From positions 94,810 to 158,809 of the forward strand of contig CAVVLO010000004.1 in the NCBI GenBank assembly GCA_963749155.1: a stretch of DNA of 64,000 nucleotides, read 5' to 3'. The position numbers were made by a program, and so were the translations under genes. Origin of the DNA: an uncultured Armatimonadia bacterium (GTDB lineage Bacteria; Armatimonadota; Zipacnadia; CAVVLO01). Of the stretch, positions 20,243-29,769 are shown one piece after another; positions within the stretch are counted from its first letter, which is position 1; every line of letters begins with the position of its first letter. The notes under the pieces are model-generated. The model worked only from the letters and a program-made list of their open reading frames with translations, did not search any database and was not told the DNA's origin.

Positions 20243-21735
20243 GGAGTTACGGTAACGGCAAGGCTGGCGCGCGGTGAATTGCTCGGATCCTGGGGGTTCC
20301 AGAAAGCCTCGAAGGCGCCTTGCCAGGCCTCTCCCGCGGTCGCGTGGGGCCCGGGCCGAGCGCGCAAGTCCAGCGCGCCTGTTTCGCCCGGTTGGAGCAT
20401 CCGTGTGAATACATAGCCCTCTTCAGTGCGCGCAAGGTCAGCGACTTCCAGCCCCTCAGCGCGGCAGGAGAGCGTCCAGCCAGGCGTTGTTTCAACCAGG
20501 CGCAGGGCAGGCATACAGGCGACGCTGCCGGTGTTGGTGAGCAGCACCTGGAACTCTGCCGGCGCGCTTTCGTTTGCCTTCCGAAGGGCCAGTTGGAGTG
20601 TTTCGCCCGGCCCTTTGAGGTAGCGGATGGCCTTCATCACCAGGTTGGTGAAGCTGTTCGGCCTGGTCTCGGGTACGATGCTGTAAGGGCCGTCATACCA
20701 GCTTTCGAAAAGATAACGATCGGCGCGCCCCCCTTCGGCCTGATACTTCTGCAGCGCCTCCAGGCTGCGCGCTGCATAGCGAGCATCCCAGTCGTCGGGC
20801 GAGAGGCCTTCGTATTCTCGACCAGAGTCGTTGCAGATGAAAGTGTGCCTCGCGCCGAAGGAATGCAGCCAGCGCTCGTAGGTGCGGATCTTCTCCCGGT
20901 GCAGCCGCACAGCGACGGGGTCGGCCCAGTCCCAGGTATAGTTCTGGGGGCTGTCGGTTGTGAAAGCCACCAGTGGGGCGCCCTCTTCCCGGCTGACCTT
21001 GAAGCAGGAAGAAAAGATGTCATAGCCATCCCAGTCGAAAGAGACTTCTTTACCGTCGACGAGAATCGGGTTGCCCTCATCGTCCTTCAGTGGAGCGAGG
21101 GTAAGCTCGTTCTTGCCGTAGGTCGGCATCCCCGCCCACTTGAAATAGACGGGCGAATCCACCAGGCCGATGGCCAGGTCGGGCACGCCTGCGCGCAGGG
21201 CGCGTATATAGTCGCGCCAATAGCCGGCGAAGGCCGGCCCCTCGTCAGGATAGCCTTCTCTGTCGCCTGTAATATGGACGAACAGGTCGCGGCTGGTCCA
21301 ATTTGGATATTGTTGAGCAACCACCTTGAAGATGAAGATATGCCAGTCGACGCCAACCTCTTCGATAGGAAGGCCGAAGCCGCGCAGCTTCTGGACGCGA
21401 GCAGCGTCCGTCTCCCCCGCAACGCGTCCTAGCTTGTCATCGGCCTCAAAGGTGGTGTGCGGCCAACCAACTTCCAGGGCAAGCCCGCAGTCCACTTCGG
21501 CGAGTTCTGCGGCCAGCTTCGGCGCCACTTCGGGCACGGCCTCATCCCAGCACCAATAAGCCCCATGCAGGAAGAAGCCGTCCATGTTGTGTTTTACGAA
21601 GTCCCACTCGGCGTCAGGCTCAACCAACTGAGCCATATTACGATAACCGCCCCAGTAGAGCTCAGCGGGGATGCGACAACTCGCGCCCCAGGTGCAAGCG
21701 GCGACAAGCAGCAGAACCAGAGCAATCGCGCGCAT
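20239..21735 (-). CDS. Secreted hypothetical protein, probable glycoside-hydrolase-like barrel
   Basis: Signal peptide; long aromatic- and acid-rich ORF in a carbohydrate operon. Confidence 0.55.
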   Translation of the reverse strand: MRAIALVLLLVAACTWGASCRIPAELYWGGYRNMAQLVEPDAEWDFVKHNMDGFFLHGAYWCWDEAVPEVAPKLAAELAEVDCGLALEVGWPHTTFEADDKLGRVAGETDAARVQKLRGFGLPIEEVGVDWHIFIFKVVAQQYPNWTSRDLFVHITGDREGYPDEGPAFAGYWRDYIRALRAGVPDLAIGLVDSPVYFKWAGMPTYGKNELTLAPLKDDEGNPILVDGKEVSFDWDGYDIFSSCFKVSREEGAPLVAFTTDSPQNYTWDWADPVAVRLHREKIRTYERWLHSFGARHTFICNDSGREYEGLSPDDWDARYAARSLEALQKYQAEGGRADRYLFESWYDGPYSIVPETRPNSFTNLVMKAIRYLKGPGETLQLALRKANESAPAEFQVLLTNTGSVACMPALRLVETTPGWTLSCRAEGLEVADLARTEEGYVFTRMLQPGETGALDLRARPGPHATAGEAWQGAFEAFWNPQDPSNSPRASLAVTVTP

Positions 21736-21750
21736 TGGCAGGTCTCCTTG

Positions 21751-23124
21751 TTACCCCTTATCCGGCAGGTCGTACATAGCCTGGATGTAGGGGTGATCTT
21801 CGGAATACTCGGTCAGTGGCTTGGGATTGGCGACACGGCCGAGGGGGCGGCAACCCGCGCCAGTCACGCCGGTCCGGGCATCTCCAAGGTCGGCCCGGCA
21901 GGCCGCGAGGCGCGCGAGCAGGTCCTGGACAACAACCGGATGAGCCTCGGCCAGGTTGGTTGTCTCGGAAAGGTCGGCTTCGAGGTCGTACAGCTCGAGC
22001 AATTCCTGCCCCCGCTTGGCCACGTGAAGCTTCCACTTGCCCGAGCGCACAGCTTCGAGATCGTCGCACTGGTAGTAGAAGAACTGCTCATGCCGGCTGG
22101 CCGCGCCCTCTTCGCCTGTCAGCAGCGGGGCGAGGTCCTTCCCGTCGAGAGTGCGATCGGTGGGGAGTTCGGCCCCCGCCAGGCCCGCGAGTGTCGGCAG
22201 GAAGTCAATCGCAGAGGCTACCTCGGAGCAGACCCTCCCCGCAGGGACGACGCCCGGCCAGCGCGCGATGAGCGGGACGCGCATCCCGCCCTCCCAGGTG
22301 GTGCCTTTGGTGCCGCGCAGTGGGCCATTAGTACCGCCATGAGTGCAACGGGCGCCGTTGTCGCTGGTGAACAGCACGAGGGTGTCCTCATCCAGCCCGA
22401 GCCGCTCTAGCTCATCAAGCAGCACAGCCACGCTCCAGTCAATCTCAGCAACCGCACCGCCGTAGGCGCCGTTCTGGGAATCCTTGAGGAAGGACTCCGG
22501 CACGAAGAGCGGCAGATGGACATACATATGGGCGAAGTAGAGGAAGAAGGGCCCCTCCCTGCTTTCGCGCAGGAAGCGGACACACTCCTCGACATAACGC
22601 TCGGTGAGGGCGGCGAGGTCCGGCTGGGCCTGGATGACCTCCTCATCGCGCAGCAGAGGCAGCGGCGGCCACTCTCGCCCACCACCCGTCTGGCGCCCCA
22701 TATCGTTGCTGTAAGGCAGGCCGTAATAGGAATCAAACCCAAACCGCGTCGGCAGGAACTCCGGCTGGTCGCCGCAGTGCCACTTCCCCACCAGCCTGGT
22801 AGCGTAGCCGCGCTGTTTCAGCAACTGCGCGAGGGTGATCTCGTTCGAGTTCAGCCCAACAGCATCGCCGGGGAAGAGCACCCAGGCGCCATCGAAAGAG
22901 CCAAAACCCAGCCGCGGTGGATAGCAGCCGGTCAGCATCGCACCGCGGGAGGGCGAGCAGACAGGCGCCGGCATATAGAAGTCGGTGAAGCGCGTGCCCT
23001 CAGCTGCCATCGCGTCCAGAGCTGGCGTGGCGTTAACCTCGGAGCCATAACAGCCCAGGTCACCCCAGCCGAGGTCGTCACAGTTGATGAGTATGATGTT
23101 GGGTCGGTCTCCACGTCCTGCCAC
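21751..23124 (-). CDS. Sulfatase (S1, Cys-type)
   Basis: PNIILINCDDLGWGD, CSPSRGAMLTG, GKWH and SDNG; GTG start just after the upstream TAA. Confidence 0.95.
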   Translation of the reverse strand: MAGRGDRPNIILINCDDLGWGDLGCYGSEVNATPALDAMAAEGTRFTDFYMPAPVCSPSRGAMLTGCYPPRLGFGSFDGAWVLFPGDAVGLNSNEITLAQLLKQRGYATRLVGKWHCGDQPEFLPTRFGFDSYYGLPYSNDMGRQTGGGREWPPLPLLRDEEVIQAQPDLAALTERYVEECVRFLRESREGPFFLYFAHMYVHLPLFVPESFLKDSQNGAYGGAVAEIDWSVAVLLDELERLGLDEDTLVLFTSDNGARCTHGGTNGPLRGTKGTTWEGGMRVPLIARWPGVVPAGRVCSEVASAIDFLPTLAGLAGAELPTDRTLDGKDLAPLLTGEEGAASRHEQFFYYQCDDLEAVRSGKWKLHVAKRGQELLELYDLEADLSETTNLAEAHPVVVQDLLARLAACRADLGDARTGVTGAGCRPLGRVANPKPLTEYSEDHPYIQAMYDLPDKG

Positions 23125-23125
23125 C

Positions 23126-24583
23126 TTAGCGCACCTCCGCGCCCCAGACAGCACTGGCCTGCACCTCGCCGATGGGCGCCTGCCCCGCGACAAGTGGCTG
23201 AGTGGAGCCGCTGCTGACCACGTCGCTCAGATAAAGCCGCTCTATCGTGCCAGCCTGATGGTCTACCAGTTTGTCGAGTCCCTCCAGGGTGAGGCCGGAG
23301 AGGCGCAGGCAGCCGATAGCCGCATGCTCCGTCGTCTGGATGAGGGAGCCCTGATCGGCCGGAACAGCCTTCCGCACCACCTGAGAGTTGCGAACGATGA
23401 GGTTATCCACCGGGCAGAAGACCTGGATGTAGTCTATTGGCGCAGTCTGGTCTTCCTTCTCGTAGATATGCCAACCGTCCAGGATGACATTGCCGAAGTG
23501 GGACGCCTCTGCCACCTGGTCATCGTTGGGCGTATGGAAGGGGATGCCCAAATCGATGAGACGCAGCGGTTTGTCCGGGGTGTGATGGCTGATATTACGC
23601 AGCGTAATAGTGTCGAACTTGCCCCCGAGCCGGAAGAGGAACGGCCCTGTATATTCGTATTTATGGGTTGTCTGGCGCAGGTCAATGTTTTCCAGCGTGA
23701 TACTGCCGAAGTTGCCGCCCGAGCCCGGGAACCACGCGTTGATGAAGAAGCCGAATCCCTTGACGGTGCCCGTCACATTGCGCACATAGACACGATCAAG
23801 ACGCCCAGTGCCGCGCGAGAGCATCCGTATCCCCTGATCTGCGTCATTAAGATAGACTCCATCGATGAACACGTCGGTGATATCGGAGATGCTGTCGTGC
23901 TCATCAGGCGCCAGTGCGATGAAGTCGTCGCCCGAGCAGCCCATTATGTTGTGCATGTTCAGGTATTGGCCTGGCCCCCAGAAGTGGATGCCATCCTGAT
24001 TCTGCGCATACATATTCTCGGGCAGTTCGATGGTGATATCTTCCATCGTTACCCGGAACCAGTTGGCCAGCAGCATCGCAAAGGTGCGCTGGTTGCGGAT
24101 GGTCACATCGCGCAGAGTGAGATACTCGACGCCGTAGAACTCCATCGTCATAACCCAGCGCGTGCCCTCGAAGACCTCAGGGGCGTCGGGATCACTGATG
24201 TGATGTTCCTGGCCCAGGCAGTTGTGGTTGTAGGTGCCCCCGAGCAGCGTAATGTTGCGGTCCTGGATGGTCTTGAAATCCAGATGGGCGTTCTGGATTA
24301 TTGACCGGTTGGCGCCCGAGGCGAGGAAGAAGCCGCAATCCCTGGTTTGGCACTCGATTGTAGTGTTGGAGTGGACGTTAAGACCGCGCACGAGGGCCGC
24401 GCCGTCCATCACAAGGCGCAAGCCGCCCCATTCGGGGGCCTTATCGAGGATGGCCTGCAGCACCTCGGTGTCATCGGTGCCTCCGCCCTCTCTCACGTCG
24501 CTGTCGAGTTTCGCATAAGTGCTCGCGTAGACAGTGAAACGGCCCGCGCCTTCCTGTGAGATGATCTCTTCCGGTATGGCCAT
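23126..24583 (-). CDS. Parallel beta-helix glycoside hydrolase (GH28/pectate-lyase-like)
   Basis: TDDTEVLQAILD and NQDGIH..GDDFIAL motifs. Confidence 0.75.
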   Translation of the reverse strand: MAIPEEIISQEGAGRFTVYASTYAKLDSDVREGGGTDDTEVLQAILDKAPEWGGLRLVMDGAALVRGLNVHSNTTIECQTRDCGFFLASGANRSIIQNAHLDFKTIQDRNITLLGGTYNHNCLGQEHHISDPDAPEVFEGTRWVMTMEFYGVEYLTLRDVTIRNQRTFAMLLANWFRVTMEDITIELPENMYAQNQDGIHFWGPGQYLNMHNIMGCSGDDFIALAPDEHDSISDITDVFIDGVYLNDADQGIRMLSRGTGRLDRVYVRNVTGTVKGFGFFINAWFPGSGGNFGSITLENIDLRQTTHKYEYTGPFLFRLGGKFDTITLRNISHHTPDKPLRLIDLGIPFHTPNDDQVAEASHFGNVILDGWHIYEKEDQTAPIDYIQVFCPVDNLIVRNSQVVRKAVPADQGSLIQTTEHAAIGCLRLSGLTLEGLDKLVDHQAGTIERLYLSDVVSSGSTQPLVAGQAPIGEVQASAVWGAEVR

Positions 24584-24688
24584 ATGGATTCCCTCCCAAG
24601 GGCTAGTGCTGTAACGGGGCAGACTTCGGGGCGAGAGGGGTCTTTCCTGCGGGAAGGGAGGCCGAGATGCGCTGACAACCGAAACCTC

Positions 24689-24709
24689 GCAGGGGCAATT
24701 TGCCCCTGC
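24689..24709. repeat. Perfect 10-1-10 palindrome in divergent intergenic region
   Basis: GCAGGGGCAA-T-TTGCCCCTGC. Confidence 0.6.
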
Positions 24710-24824
24710 ACCCCGGTTTGGCTTCCCCCCGGCAGGCCCCTCCGCCGGCAGGTCGAACTATACCTCATTGCGCGGTAGCTTTTGCACCGCCAAACCGATC
24801 CACCAAGTCCAAGGAGCAAACTGA

Positions 24825-26570
24825 ATGCAGAACCCAATGAGCTGGCTAGTCGGATTTGCCTTGTTACTGCTGGCAGTGGCCGGATGCACCCAGGCCAAGT
24901 CTCAGACGCCACCGATGTATATCTTCACCCTCGATCCCGCGAAGACAGGCCCGACTAATTATGACGAGGTGGCCGCGCTGGTCTCGCTCCAGGGGATTAT
25001 CAACCGGGAGCAGCCTCTTGTTTACATAAATAATCCAGGTTATGCCAGGCCGGAATACTGGCTGGACCTGCTCGGTAAGGAGGGGCGCTGGCTCGAAGGG
25101 CGCACCCAGGTGAAGCTGGACTCGCTCGATGACGTCTACGAGCTGGCCCAGTCAAAGCTGAAGGGCGCTGTCATCTGGGATCCTGAAGTGCCGGCCAGTT
25201 TCAACGTCGCGACGACCATCGCCGGCGTCGAGGACGCCGTCATCTTCAGTCCCGATTTTGCCAAACGCTATCTCAAGCGCTGGAACCTGCCGGTAGTGAA
25301 AGACCTGCGAGGTCTTTTCACGGGCGCCGAGACAGGCAGCAAGAAGAACGACGCTTACCGCTGGGCCATCCGGGAGTACCTCGACCAGGGCAAATGCTCT
25401 CCCCACCAGCTTTGCCTCTACCACGATGCTTTCTATGACTGGAAAGCCGGGCAAATCGCCTATTCCATAGTCCGCGACTGGGCGGTCATGAACCGCGCTT
25501 TCGTGTTTGACCTCTCCCCCTGGGGCGATGAGGTGCCCGCCGACGACCCTGACCAGGCGCTTGGCACCGACCTGGCCACCTACAAGCTTATCCTCGAGGC
25601 TACGCTGCGCCAGACGAAGGGCAAGCAGATGACCGAGATGGCGGGTTTCTTCAATTTCAACAAATATGCCAATATGCCAGGCCACCCAAGCAAGCATGAA
25701 CCAGTGCCGACCGAATGGGAGACCGTCTGGCTTATCTCGCCCTACAACTGCTACCAGAACACCGCCACCGAGTTCTGCTACAACCAGTCTTTCCACTCTC
25801 ATATGCCCAGGCAGCAACTGAAGCAGTCGCGGCCGAGCCCTGCGCCGAAGGTCGAGAACAAGGCTTACGTGGCCATCCTGATGGCGGACTACGATTCGGC
25901 CTTCCCGCTGTACCATTTCCTGCCCAACTACTGGGAGGACGCCCATCGAGGTGCGTTGCCGCTCAACTGGGGCATCAACCCCAACCTGCTGGAGACCTAT
26001 CCTGATGTCATCTCCTACTTCTACGAGACCGCAACGCCCAACGACCACTTCATCGCGGACGCCAGCGCCGCGGGTTATATGAATCCGAACCGCGTGCAGC
26101 CGCAGTATCTGCCCCTCTTCGTGAAGCACAACCGCAAGTTCTATGAGTGGGCGGATATGACTATCTCGGGGATGGTGCTGGACTGGGATCAGCCTACCCC
26201 AGCGGTGAAAGACGCCTTTCAGCAGTTCTCGCCGGACGGTTTTGCGACCATCGTGGACGATATGCACGAGCGCAAGGGCGCGCCGCCTGCCCCGCATGTA
26301 TGGAAGGGGATGCCGGTTATCCAGCTCCTGGGGATGGATCCCAACAGTGCCGAGTGGAGCGCCAATGTCCTCGCGCAGACGGTGAGCGCGCGTAAACCGG
26401 ACGAGCCAGGCTTCTACTATTTCCGCTGCGTGTGGGTCTCCCCCACGCAGATCCAGGCGGTGCTCGACCTCTTCGCCAAGCAGCATCCCGAGCAGGAGAT
26501 CGAAGTCGTAGACCTCTATACCTTCTTCGACCTGTTCAAGCAGCATTATGGAGAGGGAGGAAGCCACTAG
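24825..26570 (+). CDS. GxGYxYP-family putative glycoside hydrolase, lipoprotein
   Basis: Lipobox VAGC; SLQGIINR, MADYDS, RGALPLNWGINP and SAAGYMNP motifs. Confidence 0.8.
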   Translation: MQNPMSWLVGFALLLLAVAGCTQAKSQTPPMYIFTLDPAKTGPTNYDEVAALVSLQGIINREQPLVYINNPGYARPEYWLDLLGKEGRWLEGRTQVKLDSLDDVYELAQSKLKGAVIWDPEVPASFNVATTIAGVEDAVIFSPDFAKRYLKRWNLPVVKDLRGLFTGAETGSKKNDAYRWAIREYLDQGKCSPHQLCLYHDAFYDWKAGQIAYSIVRDWAVMNRAFVFDLSPWGDEVPADDPDQALGTDLATYKLILEATLRQTKGKQMTEMAGFFNFNKYANMPGHPSKHEPVPTEWETVWLISPYNCYQNTATEFCYNQSFHSHMPRQQLKQSRPSPAPKVENKAYVAILMADYDSAFPLYHFLPNYWEDAHRGALPLNWGINPNLLETYPDVISYFYETATPNDHFIADASAAGYMNPNRVQPQYLPLFVKHNRKFYEWADMTISGMVLDWDQPTPAVKDAFQQFSPDGFATIVDDMHERKGAPPAPHVWKGMPVIQLLGMDPNSAEWSANVLAQTVSARKPDEPGFYYFRCVWVSPTQIQAVLDLFAKQHPEQEIEVVDLYTFFDLFKQHYGEGGSH

Positions 26571-26577
26571 CGCCAGG

Positions 26578-26818
26578 GCGAACGGTCACTGTGAGTCCTT
26601 CAAGGGAAGCTGCGGAACGAGCTGCTCAACACCGAGCTGCTGGAGACGCTGCTGGGGGCGTGGATACTGGCGGAGCGCTGGCGAAGGCACTACAACACGG
26701 TGCGACCACGCAGTGCTCTGGGCTACGCGCCACCAGCGCCTGAGGCGACTTAAACGAGGCCTTGAGGCCTCGTTTAAGAGTATGACCCTGGAAGTGGTAG
26801 AATAGCTGGGGCAGGTCA
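26578..26818 (+). mobile_element. IS3-family (IS407-like) remnant: transposase C-terminus plus right end, copy 1
   Basis: Translates as NGHCESF.GKLRNELLN..ERWRRHYNTVRPRSALGYAPPAPEA; ends GGGGCAGGTCA. Confidence 0.85.
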
Positions 26819-26952
26819 AGCGTGTCAGCGAAGACCGGGCCGACAGGCTTCCACTACGAGGCCCAAAACAGGCTGATCTCTGGTTCCATCGTCGAGTGTG
26901 CAGGGCCCATGCAGAACAGCACGATCCATGTTCCCCCCAAGGAAGCTGAGCG

Positions 26953-28062
26953 GTGTTTAACCTTTTGGAGCAAATCGGCGACCTCGACCGGTACCCTACA
27001 CTGGCCGACGTTCTGGCTCATACGCGTGCCTTGGCTGGCAGAAGCGGCTTCCACGTCGAGACGATTGGGCAGTCGCGCATGGGGCGTGACATTGAGCTCG
27101 TATCGTTCGGGAGCGGCGACAAACCTGTGATCCTGCTGTGGGGGTTCGAGGATCCCCATGAGCCTGTCTGCGCTTGGAGCATGATGTGGCTTTGGGAGCA
27201 ACTGTCAGACGCGTTCTCGCCAATCCACGAACTCGGTCTGGATTGGGCGTTCGCGCCTTGTCTTCACCCGGATGGTGTCTTGAGGAACGAAACGTGGTTC
27301 AGCCATCCCGGCGATCTCCGGGCGTTCCTCAACGGGTGCTGGGATGAAGATAACACCTTCTACGGTCCGCCGCAGAGCGCAGAGCAGTTCGCACTGGAGC
27401 AGGCCATAGTTCGGGCGAGGCCGGAACTGCTTTTCGGGATGCACGACGAGAGTCATTTCCCGGGATATGGGTACTGGGCTCTCGTCTCCGACGAAGATGT
27501 ATTGGGGCAGCTCGGCGACCATTTCGAATACGAGAGACGCATCGGCGTGGTCCCGGTACCGGCACCCGTGAAGCCTCAGGGCATGCGGAACTGCTGGTAT
27601 TTCGGCCGGGCGCACGCTCTGACCGGCCGGTGTCTGAGCATCGTCTGCGAACCGAGGGCCTACAGGCGGCTGGCTCCGCCGCGCGAACCGGAGAACTCGC
27701 TCCGCCAGCGTTTTCTGGCAGCCGTGTCCGAATACGAGTCGACTCTCCGGGAGATTGTCGCATTCTCAGAAGAGGAGCAAGCACTGATCGACTGTGCGGC
27801 AGAGCGCGTAGAGCGTATGCGAAGGGACTGGCTGTTCTATATCGCCGCTGGATCGTGCGGACTCCGGGTCCTCAGAGCGCATGGCAAGGCCGAGCTCGCT
27901 GAGTCTCTCGAGAGCACCTTCTGGGATTACCTCACTGCGAGACTGGACGGCACCTACACAGCGATACCCGTCCGGGATCAGGTCCGGATTCAGCTCCACT
28001 TCCTCTTCTCGGTCATCCAGGCGACAAGGAGAGGAGGACATTCAACAGTCTTAGGACCGTAA
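26953..28062 (+). CDS. M14-family zinc carboxypeptidase-like protein
   Basis: IGQSRMGRDI, LWGFEDPHEP, PCLHPDG and GMHDES motifs. Confidence 0.7.
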   Translation: MFNLLEQIGDLDRYPTLADVLAHTRALAGRSGFHVETIGQSRMGRDIELVSFGSGDKPVILLWGFEDPHEPVCAWSMMWLWEQLSDAFSPIHELGLDWAFAPCLHPDGVLRNETWFSHPGDLRAFLNGCWDEDNTFYGPPQSAEQFALEQAIVRARPELLFGMHDESHFPGYGYWALVSDEDVLGQLGDHFEYERRIGVVPVPAPVKPQGMRNCWYFGRAHALTGRCLSIVCEPRAYRRLAPPREPENSLRQRFLAAVSEYESTLREIVAFSEEEQALIDCAAERVERMRRDWLFYIAAGSCGLRVLRAHGKAELAESLESTFWDYLTARLDGTYTAIPVRDQVRIQLHFLFSVIQATRRGGHSTVLGP

Positions 28063-28130
28063 ACCAATGATACGGACAAGACTAGTGCACGCAACGCCTT
28101 GCGGCCGCGCGTGACCCGAGGCCGAGGCCT

Positions 28131-28838
28131 ATGAACAGGACCCGCAGCGCATACAATCGATGGTCGGGTACCTATGACGCCGACCCGAATCCCCACACGG
28201 CGCTAGAGGAGGAGCACGTTGTGGATATGGTCGCCCCCGCGCCTGGGGAATACATACTTGACGCGGCGTGTGGAACTGGAAGGTACTGCCGTCTGTTTAA
28301 GAAAAGGGGAGCACAGGTCGTTGGCATTGACTTCTCAGAGGGCATGCTCCGCGTTGCACAACAGGAATTGCTGACCATTCCTTTCCTTTGCGTAGATCTG
28401 ACCGGCATTCTGCCGCTTCGGGAGGCCTGCTTCGACAAGGTTAACTGCGCACAGGCCCTAAAGCATATTCCCGATTTGACAACACCGCTGACCGAATTCG
28501 CCCGCGTCGTGAAACCCTCTGGAACCATCACTTTCTCGGTAACGCATCCAGAGATGGACTGGGATGGCTATGAGATGTCTCGTGCGCTTTCCTTTAATCT
28601 CACTGCTGAATCCGACATCTACCATCACCGATTCTGGCAATACTTCGAGGCGATCGATCAGGTCGGCCTTCGCCTGTCGGCCTTCCGCCAAGTGCCCGTT
28701 GGCGACAAGATCCGGAAGTACCTGACTGCTGAATCATATCAGAAGGTCAAAGGCCGCTATCAGATTGCGATATTCCAGGCGATGAGGAAAGAGTCAGTCA
28801 AACCCGCCGGTACATCGCAGGCTTCACAGCGCCGCTGA
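28131..28838 (+). CDS. Class I SAM-dependent methyltransferase
   Basis: ILDAACGTGR, GIDFSEGML and EFARVVKPSG motifs. Confidence 0.9.
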   Translation: MNRTRSAYNRWSGTYDADPNPHTALEEEHVVDMVAPAPGEYILDAACGTGRYCRLFKKRGAQVVGIDFSEGMLRVAQQELLTIPFLCVDLTGILPLREACFDKVNCAQALKHIPDLTTPLTEFARVVKPSGTITFSVTHPEMDWDGYEMSRALSFNLTAESDIYHHRFWQYFEAIDQVGLRLSAFRQVPVGDKIRKYLTAESYQKVKGRYQIAIFQAMRKESVKPAGTSQASQRR

Positions 28839-28975
28839 GCCTCACAGTGACGCGAATCTGCGGCCGCACCGCGGTCCGCCCCTCCCCTCATTGATTCGCC
28901 GCCTTCCGAAACACACCCACCACACCACCCGCTGCAAGCTGCTCCGGCGTCACCGTGACTGTCTGCCGCGTGTTC

Positions 28976-29178
28976 GGGAAGCTGCGGGACGAGTTGCTCA
29001 ACACCGAGCTGCTGGAGGCAGGGATACTGGTGGGGCGCTGGCGAGAACGCTACAACACGGTGCGGCCACGCAGTGCTCTGGGCTACGTGCCACCAGCGCC
29101 TGAGGCAATCCAGCCGAGGCCTTGAGGCCTCGGTTAAGAGTATGATCCTGGAAGTGTTAGAATAGCTGGGGCAGGTCA
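28976..29178 (+). mobile_element. IS3-family remnant, copy 2
   Basis: Direct, diverged repeat of 26605-26818, ending AATAGCTGGGGCAGGTCA. Confidence 0.85.
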
Positions 29179-29257
29179 CTCTACCTAAGCAGACCTGACT
29201 AGTAGTGTTGCCCTGAGCCTGCTATCTGGCCATGAAACTGACACGCAGGAGGCGCCA

Positions 29258-29482
29258 ATGCAAGTCCTCTGGGGAGTCCTGACGGCAGCGATAGGGGTGT
29301 TCCTGTTCGTCTGCGGCAGCACCAGAAGCGAGTTCGTCGTCTACCGACTGCTGGCTGCGCGGGCCAAGCTTCTGTGGGGTGATAGGGTGCATAGCTTCCT
29401 CCAGGTTGTGGGGATCCTGGTTGCCCTGTTCGGCATCGCCATGGCGCTGGGGTACATACCGGTCCGGGAGCGGCTGGACTAG
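29258..29482 (+). CDS. Small two-TM membrane protein
   Basis: SD AGGAGG; two hydrophobic helices. Confidence 0.7.
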   Translation: MQVLWGVLTAAIGVFLFVCGSTRSEFVVYRLLAARAKLLWGDRVHSFLQVVGILVALFGIAMALGYIPVRERLD

Positions 29483-29594
29483 CCGAAAGGGCGACCTCCC
29501 GCGGGCCGGGAAGGCCGGGCGGGTGGCGGATCATCAGCCCGCAGGACGAATCCCAGTCGGGCGAGAGCGTGATAGCAGAGGCAGAGCGGACCTG

Positions 29595-29692
29595 CGCGGC
29601 GACACAGTACCGTGGGCTACGTGCCACCCGCGTCGGCGGCGACCCAGCCGAGAGTACGAGAGCGGGTGTGGTACCATCACCGGGGTAGGTCA
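29595..29692 (+). mobile_element. IS3-family remnant, copy 3 (more degenerate)
   Basis: GGGCTACGTGCCACC..CCAGCCG aligns gap-free with copy 2; ends GGGGTAGGTCA. Confidence 0.7.
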
Positions 29693-29769
29693 TGGCCACG
29701 CCCTCGGCGGCAGGAGACCAACTTCTGATTCCGACTTCCTTGCCGCTTGTACTTCACAGGGAGCGATAA

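Noticed and set aside
26822..26900. FHYEAQNRLIS as a further YD-repeat remnant
   Set aside because: Too short, and no convincing nucleotide match to the resident rhs
26578..29692. Integron attC array or CRISPR
   Set aside because: The repeats translate as IS3 transposase C-terminus with its terminal IR; no RYYYAAC/GTTRRRY boxes, intI, cas genes or regular spacers
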